DNA from: a virus
IMG/VR virus record: IMGVR_UViG_3300045988_096127
Span: 1 to 42,742 of that record
Reading direction: 5' to 3' (one strand)
Length of the DNA stretch: 42,742 nt
The translations under genes were made by a program, and so were the position numbers. This document shows positions 33,013 to 39,855 of this stretch, one piece after another. Below the pieces are notes generated by a model, which did no database searches, was not told the DNA's origin, and was given only the letters and a program-made list of their open reading frames with translations. The first letter of the stretch is position 1. Every line of letters starts with the position of its first letter.

Positions 33013-33676
33013 CGTTCTCTCCTTTCAGGTACTGCATAAACAAGTTCTCTCGTAAAAAATTCTCAGGCTTTTTAATATACCGCTCTGCTGTTTTCTCCCG
33101 TCTGCATATATCTGCATAATTCTGTGCGGCCAATACCAGATCATCTTCCGGTACACCAGCCAGTACCACATTGCAGTATTCTGTTTCAACAAGACAGCCA
33201 GTACACCGTTTCGGATAGGCCGCGGCAAACTCTCCGAATTTTTCCACGGGGGATATAGGGGGTGTGTTTCTTCCCTTCTTTCCTTCTTTCTTTTCTTCTA
33301 TTGTTGTCGTTAGTTTGTCGTTAGTTTGTCGCTTGTATGTCGGTTGCTTGTCATTCTGCTTGTCGGTTGTCTGGTATAAATCGTACTTAACTACTGTAAA
33401 TACGCTAAATTTGTTTGTCGTTTTGCTTGTCACTTCGCCTGTCTTTTTCAAATGCGAAATTGCTGTGCGAATTTCACGGTCTGTAAGACCTGTTTCGCCC
33501 GACAGTTTCCCGATGGACGAGACAAACGATCCGCGTGGAATCGTTGTCCCTTTGAAATTTCCATCCTTCCAATTGGCTTTCAGCAACATATGGATAAACA
33601 GCCGGGTTGTATTAATGTCTGTGTACCACTCCCACTCCAGAAGTCCACGGCTCAGTTTTATGTAGTTGCCATCCAC
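32918..33676 (-). CDS. Replisome organizer / DnaD-like replication initiation protein
   Basis: An N-terminal wHTH-like 'YIKLSRGLLEWEWYTD...FVSSIGKLSGETGLTDREIRTAISHLKKTGEV'. The gene contains an iteron array and lies upstream of the loader. Confidence 0.7.
   Translation of the reverse strand: MDGNYIKLSRGLLEWEWYTDINTTRLFIHMLLKANWKDGNFKGTTIPRGSFVSSIGKLSGETGLTDREIRTAISHLKKTGEVTSKTTNKFSVFTVVKYDLYQTTDKQNDKQPTYKRQTNDKLTTTIEEKKEGKKGRNTPPISPVEKFGEFAAAYPKRCTGCLVETEYCNVVLAGVPEDDLVLAAQNYADICRREKTAERYIKKPENFLRENLFMQYLKGENDGSVGRDTGTHEKSLNELMQERGDTGDFQGF
33305..33372. repeat. Iteron array: TGTCG motif phased every 11 bp (candidate origin of replication)
   Basis: TGTCG/TGTCA occurs at 33305, 33316, 33327, 33338, 33349 and 33361, including the perfect tandem GTCGTTAGTTT x2. 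Further copies lie at 33416 and 33428. A 40-nt polypyrimidine tract (33267..33305) flanks the array. Confidence 0.6.
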
Positions 33677-33680
33677 CAGA

Positions 33681-34064
33681 TCACCCCGTTTCCAATTCCG
33701 ATATTGTCACTTCTGTACGAGGATGCCATTTATCTACATCCACATAACTCCCATCAGTGGAAACAATGATTTTACAGTTATCATCCTTAAGGATCTCGTA
33801 ATGTACCAGAATGTCATGCAATGCCTCATGCAAATTTGTCAGATCAACTCTTCGTCCAGTTGGCATATAATAAACAGCTTTTACATTCACCGGGCTTTCA
33901 ATAGTCTTTATGTCCGGCATGTATGCCCTGCACTCTTTCTCATACTTCGTGTACGCTTCGGATGGGATGATAAATGGTCTGCCGCTCCCGGTAAATACAA
34001 TCCTCTGGCTATTCTTTTTTGTGATCGGTTTCAAAGGTATTGTAAATTTATACTCCATCGACAT
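33681..34064 (-). CDS. rusA: RusA-family Holliday junction resolvase
   Basis: 127 aa, with 'FTIPLKPITKKNSQRIV' and 'DLTNLHEALHDILV' typical of RusA. Confidence 0.75.
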   Translation of the reverse strand: MSMEYKFTIPLKPITKKNSQRIVFTGSGRPFIIPSEAYTKYEKECRAYMPDIKTIESPVNVKAVYYMPTGRRVDLTNLHEALHDILVHYEILKDDNCKIIVSTDGSYVDVDKWHPRTEVTISELETG

Positions 34065-34782
34065 CCTCCAGATTCAGTTGCGCATTACTGTCTTTGATTT
34101 CTTCTGCCAGTACATACGGTGGTTCATAGTTTCTTACGATCTCAATAGCGATATTTTTCTGATTTCTGTGGATGCAGTTATATTTGCTTACCTCGAACTG
34201 TCTTTTTAATTCCCGGTAAATATCTGAATACACCTTTCCACGGATGGAGCTGTCATGATATGCATTGCTGTTCTTACCGCCCAGGCAATCAATCACCCGC
34301 TTATTTACTTCCGCTTTCACATCATCTGCGTCCGATGGGAGCAACGGCAACGTTTCCTTGAAATCCTGCAAATCTCTGTTGATTGCATCCACTTTACTGT
34401 CTACTTCTTTGAGAGCTGCAAACTCCATTTCCAAAAGCTGCATTGGAGACTTCGGTTTCTGAATAACATCTTCCATCTCATGAAAACGATTGATGTAGCG
34501 TGCCGTGAACTCTGTTCCTTTAATACCTGTCAGTTTATGGGCGATGAACTCGCAGCCTTTCTTGGTAATGTCATAACATGGTAATGTCTTATTTTGCTCT
34601 GTTTTATATGTATTTTCTTTAAAGAAATCGGTGGGCTCAATTTTGAGCTCTCCTAATTCCTTTACATAAGAACGTACATCTCTCATTAAATTTTTATGTT
34701 CTTTTTCCACCATCTCCGCAACCTCAACTGAGGTAATTGTTTTCTGTTCTAAATTCAAAACTTCTCCTTTCTCCCGGTACAT
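34048..34782 (-). CDS. Rha-family phage regulatory protein / antirepressor-like
   Basis: 'ITSVEVAEMVEKEHKNLMRDVRSYVKELG' is Rha-like. The TTG at 34758, with AAAGGAGAAG upstream, is the better-supported start. Confidence 0.75.
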   Translation of the reverse strand: MYREKGEVLNLEQKTITSVEVAEMVEKEHKNLMRDVRSYVKELGELKIEPTDFFKENTYKTEQNKTLPCYDITKKGCEFIAHKLTGIKGTEFTARYINRFHEMEDVIQKPKSPMQLLEMEFAALKEVDSKVDAINRDLQDFKETLPLLPSDADDVKAEVNKRVIDCLGGKNSNAYHDSSIRGKVYSDIYRELKRQFEVSKYNCIHRNQKNIAIEIVRNYEPPYVLAEEIKDSNAQLNLEDVDGV

Positions 34783-34876
34783 GACAGCACCGGGAAATCA
34801 TGGCTTCCAACAATCGTGATATATCATTTTCTGCATGAATAGGTTTCTTTCTGCCATTTGGCAAGGTGTTTCAACC

Positions 34877-35506
34877 CTATAAATCCTTTACAACAATTCC
34901 ATAGACCTTATACATCTCTCTGAACCGGATCACTCCAAGGCTGTGTGCCAGTGTGTGGTGTTCTCTGCATAAACAGATTTTTTTATAACTGGAATCATCT
35001 ACTTTTGTTCTGTCATTACCCATTCCGATTGCATCCTCGTGATGAATCTCTCCATCTTTTCCGCAGATCGCACATTTTTTATGTACCAGACAGTAGTAAA
35101 GGTATCTTCCTATATCATCTGTGCGCTCTATTGCATTTCCAGAAAGTGGTATCCCCCATTCCAAGCAAAATTCAATCAGAAAGCTAATAAAGTCTCTTGC
35201 TGTATCCATTGAACAATTTGAAAGACTGATATGTTCTACTCCTGTTCGCACTGTATATTCATTCTTAAGTCTTTCTTTCGCTTCTTCTGGTAGATATCCT
35301 GTCCAGTCTGAAATATCCCCTATCGTGGCATATGCCTTTTTTCTCTGTTCTGCCGATATGTGTCTGCCATCATCAAACCGGATCTCAGCATTTGATATTT
35401 TCTTACGCTGTAACATATCTCCGATCTGCATACCAGGTACAGAAATAATAAGATCCGTGCCACTTTGTGTTTCTTTGTATTTGCTTATTTTTACAAGCGC
35501 ATGCAT
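34877..35506 (-). CDS. HNH-motif protein (DUF968-like)
   Basis: 'CAICGKDGEIHHEDAIGMGNDR ... CLCREHHTLAH'. Confidence 0.65.
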   Translation of the reverse strand: MHALVKISKYKETQSGTDLIISVPGMQIGDMLQRKKISNAEIRFDDGRHISAEQRKKAYATIGDISDWTGYLPEEAKERLKNEYTVRTGVEHISLSNCSMDTARDFISFLIEFCLEWGIPLSGNAIERTDDIGRYLYYCLVHKKCAICGKDGEIHHEDAIGMGNDRTKVDDSSYKKICLCREHHTLAHSLGVIRFREMYKVYGIVVKDL

Positions 35507-36204
35507 TATGCATCACCCTTTTTTCCGGCATTTGCTGCAATCGTGACTTCAAGTTTTCTCATGCATTTATTCCACTGATTAATATCAAGTTCCTGTAATG
35601 TATTTACATGAAACAGCTCAACAATTGTATCCATTGATACATCCGCTTCTTCCAGTTTTCCGAGTAGAACCTGATATTTCACATCATCAATTTTCTGAGA
35701 CGGATATTGTTTAAATACAATGTTCATCTCCTGATCTACAATTTCTAATTCATCAATTTTGCCATCCGAGGAATATTTAATAAGATTTACAAAAAACTTA
35801 TCTCTTGTAGAAGATTTTCCATTATTGTCTGTTTTAATATGACAATTGGCTGCCGGAATCCATATAAAAGGTGCCGTGTATAATTCTCTTCCAATTCCAT
35901 GCTTTACACATGCCCTCTTAAATGCATCCGATGCTCGTCCCTTTTCTTTTGCTGTATAAGATGCAGTTCCTACATCCTCTTTAGAAATCCACATCTTCTT
36001 TTCGTTGTCCCATGCAGAAATAATGCAATATAAATCTCCATCGATTACTTCATATCTGTCCTGCCATCCGAGCGCTCCATATTTTTCATCAAGCCTTTTT
36101 TGTCCATCTCTGGAAGTGACATACAACAGCAAAGACAATCCTTTTTCTGAAATCTGCTGAACTCTGCAACTGATTTCATTTGCATTTAAAAAATTATTTT
36201 CCAT
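35506..36204 (-). CDS. Rad52/Sak-type single-strand annealing recombinase
   Basis: 'KGRASDAFKRACVKHGIGRELY' is the Rad52-family signature. The start at 'MENNF' has GAGAGG upstream. Confidence 0.8.
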   Translation of the reverse strand: MENNFLNANEISCRVQQISEKGLSLLLYVTSRDGQKRLDEKYGALGWQDRYEVIDGDLYCIISAWDNEKKMWISKEDVGTASYTAKEKGRASDAFKRACVKHGIGRELYTAPFIWIPAANCHIKTDNNGKSSTRDKFFVNLIKYSSDGKIDELEIVDQEMNIVFKQYPSQKIDDVKYQVLLGKLEEADVSMDTIVELFHVNTLQELDINQWNKCMRKLEVTIAANAGKKGDA

Positions 36205-36215
36205 TATCTTGCCTC

Positions 36216-36422
36216 TCAATCTTCGATATAAACTCTCATATCATCCAGGCAGCTATCGCAATAATAATCTCCTCTAATCTGTACTGCTGTATCATCCTGG
36301 ATGTGTTCACCGCAACATATACATTTTGGTCTACGCTTAAGCCATTCGCATTGACTCCGATCTCTGTCTTTCCACAAATCGTAACTATCATTCATATCTG
36401 TGAGAAAATCCCTCCCCATCAT
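36216..36422 (-). CDS. Small zinc-ribbon protein
   Basis: 'CICCGEH ... YYCDSC'. The start is uncertain; an alternative ATG at 36395 forms an ATGAATGA overlap. Confidence 0.55.
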   Translation of the reverse strand: MMGRDFLTDMNDSYDLWKDRDRSQCEWLKRRPKCICCGEHIQDDTAVQIRGDYYCDSCLDDMRVYIED

Positions 36423-36600
36423 CGTCTGTGTTGGTAATCAGCTTCCTTGTGCCATACACGAATTCACCATGAATACTTCCGTCGGTATGCCATGACACTT
36501 CACCGGTTTCTATGTCTAAATCTTCCAGTGTTCTTTCAAATTCATCCAGTGCATCCTTGAGTATTCCTAAATCCTTCCATGTCAAACTAGGCGCTGCCAT
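36388..36600 (-). CDS. Hypothetical small acidic protein
   Basis: 70-aa ORF with an ATGGAGGAA RBS region upstream. Confidence 0.55.
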   Translation of the reverse strand: MAAPSLTWKDLGILKDALDEFERTLEDLDIETGEVSWHTDGSIHGEFVYGTRKLITNTDDDGEGFSHRYE

Positions 36601-36673
36601 TCAAAAATTCCTCCATTTCCATCTGTCTGAAATCTGTAGATAAAACCATGTATCTGACAGCTTTCTCTTGCTG

Positions 36674-36769
36674 TTACTTCATGTACTGCTCGTCCCGGCA
36701 TTCTTCACACATGTTTCCTTCGCCGGGATCTAAACTGCATCCACAGATTCTGCATTTTCTGTAAATCAT
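36674..36769 (-). CDS. 31-aa zinc-ribbon mini-protein (MIYRKCRICGCSLDPGEGNMCEECRDEQYMK)
   Basis: Two CxxC pairs and a weak GGAAAG RBS. Below the ORF-track cutoff. Confidence 0.35.
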   Translation of the reverse strand: MIYRKCRICGCSLDPGEGNMCEECRDEQYMK

Positions 36770-36867
36770 AAAATCACGCTTTCCAATATTCAGTTTTCGT
36801 GTTACAATAAACGCAGAAATACTTTTGTATTTCCACGGTTAAATAGCACCTGTACTCGCCAAAGTTA

Positions 36868-37140
36868 TCAGGGTGCTATTTTTTTGTCCTCAAATTCTCC
36901 AGGGAACTCAACATCAGCGTCAAGCTTGTCCTTCCGGCGGATCATGTAAAAGTATGCTTTCCGCTTTTCTTCCCGGCGTTTCTCCACATCCATGATCGCA
37001 ACTCCCACAAGTGCAACCAAAGCTCCGAGTGCCATAGCGATTAATAATAAGATGTACTTTTCACCATCCGCATCGAGCATTCCGCAAAGAAACATAATTC
37101 CAAGCCCTACCGCTATAAATACTTTACTGATCTGCTTCAT
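36868..37140 (-). CDS. Small membrane protein (two TM helices)
   Basis: 90 aa with the TM segments 'VFIAVGLGIMFLCGML' and 'LLLIAMALGALVALVGVAIM'. Confidence 0.6.
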   Translation of the reverse strand: MKQISKVFIAVGLGIMFLCGMLDADGEKYILLLIAMALGALVALVGVAIMDVEKRREEKRKAYFYMIRRKDKLDADVEFPGEFEDKKIAP

Positions 37141-37351
37141 TCTCCACCTCCTCGTTGTCTGCTCTTGGTTCGATACCTAGAAACTTGTCCAGCTTTGCCC
37201 GGAAGATAAAATACTGATAATTCTTAACCTTCGAAGTCGGCTTTATCACACTTCCGAGATCCCATCGTCCTGCTTTCATCTGGCGTCTAAGGTATTCCAC
37301 ATTGCATCCTATCTCGGTGGCGGCTTCTTTTACCGTTAAGCGTTGGCTCAC
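37124..37351 (-). CDS. Excisionase-type / MerR-like HTH DNA-binding protein
   Basis: 'LTVKEAATEIGCNVEYLRRQMKAGR' matches the HTH_17/Xis pattern. It is the first sizeable gene of the early operon. Confidence 0.6.
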   Translation of the reverse strand: MSQRLTVKEAATEIGCNVEYLRRQMKAGRWDLGSVIKPTSKVKNYQYFIFRAKLDKFLGIEPRADNEEVENEADQ

Positions 37352-37381
37352 TCTCGATCTCTCCTTTCATAATATTCTAAG

Positions 37382-37410
37382 TTGATTTTCGCTTATCAAA
37401 ATGTTAAAAT
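37382..37410 (+). promoter_or_regulatory. Plus-strand promoter candidate (TTGATT-17-TAAAAT)
   Basis: -35 at 37382..37387 and -10 at 37405..37410, upstream of the plus-strand 65-aa gene. Confidence 0.4.
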
Positions 37411-37476
37411 TTTTATGCCACATCATACGGAAAGGCTTTCAAAGGAAAATCTCGCCTTTGGAAGGGGGTGGCATAT

Positions 37477-37674
37477 ATGACTTCTCTTTCTGAGAAAGCT
37501 TTAGAGATTCTTCAAGCCAATACGGAAAAAACAGAATTTTCAAATTCTTACCTAATCAAAAATGGTTTTTCCGATGCAACCGCCAAAGTTGCTATCAATG
37601 AGCTTGAAGCGGAAGGTTATATAGTTATCAGCCGTACTTATATAAGCGGCAATGTAGTTTTTGAACTCATATAA
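37477..37674 (+). CDS. Small winged-helix-like protein on the lysogeny strand
   Basis: ATG 8 nt after GGAAGGGGG. 'ATAKVAINELEAEGYIVISR' is wHTH-like. The gene converges on cro. Confidence 0.55.
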   Translation: MTSLSEKALEILQANTEKTEFSNSYLIKNGFSDATAKVAINELEAEGYIVISRTYISGNVVFELI

Positions 37675-37679
37675 CCTAT

Positions 37680-37716
37680 ATAGTCCTGAGTGTTCCAGCA
37701 CTTGGGACTATTTTTC
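37680..37716 (+). terminator. Intrinsic terminator (plus strand) overlapping the cro stop codon
   Basis: ATAGTCC (37680..37686) ... GGACTAT (37705..37711) followed by TTTTT, with an inner GTG..CAC pairing. Confidence 0.6.
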
Positions 37717-37899
37717 TGTCTCAAAGAGATAGTCAAATTTACATTTGAAAAGCTTGCACAGAGTTTTAATTTCAAAAGTTGTGAATTTTCCAGATTTTTT
37801 CTTACTTTCGTATGAAACCCTTGAAATCCCAAGTTTCTCTGCAACATCCGAATTTGTAAACCCTTTACGTGCCTGTTCTGCTTCTAAATTTCTAAACAA
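37708..37899 (-). CDS. Cro-like XRE-family HTH repressor (63 aa)
   Basis: TTG start 7 nt after AAGGAGG. 'RNLEAEQARKGFTNSDVAEKLGISRVSYESKKK' is an XRE-type HTH. It is divergent from the CI-like gene. Confidence 0.75.
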   Translation of the reverse strand: MFRNLEAEQARKGFTNSDVAEKLGISRVSYESKKKSGKFTTFEIKTLCKLFKCKFDYLFETEK

Positions 37900-37921
37900 A
37901 ATTTTACCTCCTTTCTCAGTT

Positions 37922-38036
37922 GTTTGCACTTTGCAAACTCTGATTATAATATAATTGCTTTTCGTAAACTTGTCAATAGTTTTCTTTACAAATTGCAAAC
38001 TTTTTAATTGACATGTTTACGCGTGCTATATATAAT
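37922..38036. promoter_or_regulatory. Genetic switch: back-to-back promoters and palindromic operators
   Basis: Plus-strand promoter: TTGACA (38008..38013), 17-nt spacer, TATAAT (38031..38036). Minus-strand promoter: TTGACA (37971..37976), 17-nt spacer, TATATT (37948..37953). Palindrome GTTTGCA-N3-TGCAAAC at 37922..37938, with a degenerate copy at 37984..38000. The 14-nt inverted pair CGTAAACtTGTCAA / TTGACAtGTTTACG embeds both -35 boxes. Confidence 0.7.
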
Positions 38037-38059
38037 CAAGGTAACAGGAGGTGCTAATC

Positions 38060-38368
38060 ATGGGAGACAACTTTAATGAGAATTTGAAAAATGCAAGAAT
38101 ACGAAAAGGAATGTCACAAAAAGATGTTGCAGAAGAAATAGGTGTTGCAAAATCTACATATTCACTATATGAAAGTGGAAACCGTGAGCCAAATGTTCAA
38201 ACAATAAAGAAAATTGCAGATGTATTAAGTGTTTCAGCAGATGATTTGCTTGGTTTAAATGAAGAACCTCAAACTCTAGCAGCTCACTTTACTGGTGCCG
38301 AATATACAGATGAAGAATTAGACGAAATCAAACAATTTGCTGAATTTGTAAAAGCAAAAAGAAAGTAG
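38060..38368 (+). CDS. CI-like XRE-family repressor (ImmR-type)
   Basis: 'LKNARIRKGMSQKDVAEEIGVAKSTYSLYESGNREPNVQTIKKIADVLSV'. The ATG follows AGGAGG by 8 nt. It is paired with an ImmA-like gene. Confidence 0.85.
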   Translation: MGDNFNENLKNARIRKGMSQKDVAEEIGVAKSTYSLYESGNREPNVQTIKKIADVLSVSADDLLGLNEEPQTLAAHFTGAEYTDEELDEIKQFAEFVKAKRK

Positions 38369-38421
38369 CAGTCCGGATTATTGGACAGTTACTATAATAT
38401 ACTGGAGCGGGAGGTATCTAA

Positions 38422-38892
38422 ATGAACACTTTTGAAGAATTGCAAGATGAAGCCTGCAAGGATGGTATAGAAGTTATAGAAAATTATCCATTCACCAGCG
38501 ATCGAATAGAGGGGTTATATGTGGACAGCACGATCGCTCTGAGTAAAGGTCTTACAACATGTGCAGAAAAAAGCTGCGTACTCGCTGAGGAACTCGGACA
38601 TCATTACACCGCATCTGGAGATATTATAGATCAGTCAACCGCAGAAAACAGAAAGCAAGAACTTCGTGGAAGAATCTGGGCTTACAACAAGCAGATCGGA
38701 TTGACAGGGCTTGTGAATGCCTACCGCAGCCACTGCCAGAATGCACACGAAGTTGCAGAATATTTAGGTGTTACGGATGAGTTTCTTGCTGATTCTCTGG
38801 ATTATTACCGGAGCAAGTACGGATGCTGTGTCCAGATTGATAATTATATTATATTTTTCGAACCGGCAGTTGCTGTTATGGAATTAATTTAG
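38422..38892 (+). CDS. ImmA/IrrE-like (COG2856) metallopeptidase-family protein
   Basis: 'LAEELGHHYT' is an EExxH variant of HExxH. 'RGRIWAYNKQI' and the position after the XRE repressor fit ImmR/ImmA modules. Confidence 0.7.
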   Translation: MNTFEELQDEACKDGIEVIENYPFTSDRIEGLYVDSTIALSKGLTTCAEKSCVLAEELGHHYTASGDIIDQSTAENRKQELRGRIWAYNKQIGLTGLVNAYRSHCQNAHEVAEYLGVTDEFLADSLDYYRSKYGCCVQIDNYIIFFEPAVAVMELI

Positions 38893-38942
38893 TAATTTGA
38901 ATGTTCCACCATATAAATTATCCACCAAAGGGAGAACTACAT

Positions 38943-39833
38943 ATGCATAAGCTTTTTTTTAAACAACTTCAAAAGTTAATTGGTGTATTTTTTCTATTAG
39001 AAACACTTATCGGCATCCTAATTATTGTAAAAAATATTACCAATATTATTCAGGTAATTGCCGCTGCAATAGTATCAATAATGTTTGGTACACTTTCATT
39101 CTTGCTTTTAAAAAATGATTCATCAAAAAAGAAAGTTAAAAATTCAGATGCAATATGCGCTGACAAGCCACAGGAACGAGATTATTCTAAGCAAACGGAA
39201 TATGTCCAAGACGGTAACGTAATATACCGTGCAGATGGTAAAAAAATCTCTGATGAAGAAGTGCCATACCTTATGCAAGTAGGATACGAAAATGCTTTGG
39301 CTGAGGAGAAAAATAGTTCCAACCCAAAGTTTCATAGATCATTTAAGGAAGAGGAATTATCTTACTCTTTTGAAAATAAATACTATAACGAGATTGCTAA
39401 AAGAATAGAAAAATTTGAAACTCCATACCATAATTCCTTTTCAGAGCAGGACTTGTCAAAAAAAATTATGTTATTGGAACAATCTATTACGGAATTCGAT
39501 AAATGTAAAAATTTCTGCTATTCAAAAGGAAAAGGCGGCACAATCTATTTTCAGGACATGTATGAATACTTACACAATACACATAATGATTGCTTTTCTT
39601 ACCGAGATATGATTTTAGGCAGTCTGGAAGAATGTTATTACGAACGAGACGAATTGATTCCCGAAATAAAAAATGCAATTTCCAATCACAATGGAATATT
39701 ACAGAAAAACATCTATGCAGAATTGCCAGATTTTCAAAGAAGCGACATTCAACGCATGCTCCGCAAGTTAGAAAGCGAAAATGTAATAACACGAATAAAA
39801 AAATCTGGCTCTTATGAATTACACCTTAATTAA
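38943..39833 (+). CDS. Hypothetical membrane-anchored protein with a C-terminal wHTH-like segment (lysogeny cargo gene 1)
   Basis: Start at 'MHKLFFKQ', with AAAGGGAG upstream. It has two N-terminal TM helices, a Lys-rich linker and the C-terminus 'RSDIQRMLRKLESENVITRIKKSGSYELHL'. Confidence 0.65.
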   Translation: MHKLFFKQLQKLIGVFFLLETLIGILIIVKNITNIIQVIAAAIVSIMFGTLSFLLLKNDSSKKKVKNSDAICADKPQERDYSKQTEYVQDGNVIYRADGKKISDEEVPYLMQVGYENALAEEKNSSNPKFHRSFKEEELSYSFENKYYNEIAKRIEKFETPYHNSFSEQDLSKKIMLLEQSITEFDKCKNFCYSKGKGGTIYFQDMYEYLHNTHNDCFSYRDMILGSLEECYYERDELIPEIKNAISNHNGILQKNIYAELPDFQRSDIQRMLRKLESENVITRIKKSGSYELHLN

Positions 39834-39855
39834 AAATTATTATTAGGAGGTCTTT

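Noticed and set aside
33305-33372. Short phased repeats considered as a CRISPR-like array. The 11-mers at 58..79 and 42569..42590 were considered in the same way.
   Set aside because: The repeat units are only 5-11 nt with no spacers of CRISPR size, and they lie inside a coding region or next to int. Iterons and arm sites explain them better. No CRISPR array, tRNA or rRNA was recognised anywhere in the window.
36842-36886. Hairpin AATAGCACC…GGTGCTATT followed by a T-run on the plus strand, at the 3' end of the membrane-protein gene
   Set aside because: The T-run is on the plus strand, where there is no upstream gene. On the coding (minus) strand it lacks a U-tract, and half of the stem lies inside the CDS. 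I could not support it as a terminator in either direction.
38422-38892. ImmA-like protein has EExxH ('AEELGHH') instead of HExxH, considered as evidence for an inactive protease
   Set aside because: From memory this variant is common in short Gram-positive ImmA/COG2856 proteins, so it is probably a family trait rather than a degeneration. I cannot verify this without an alignment.
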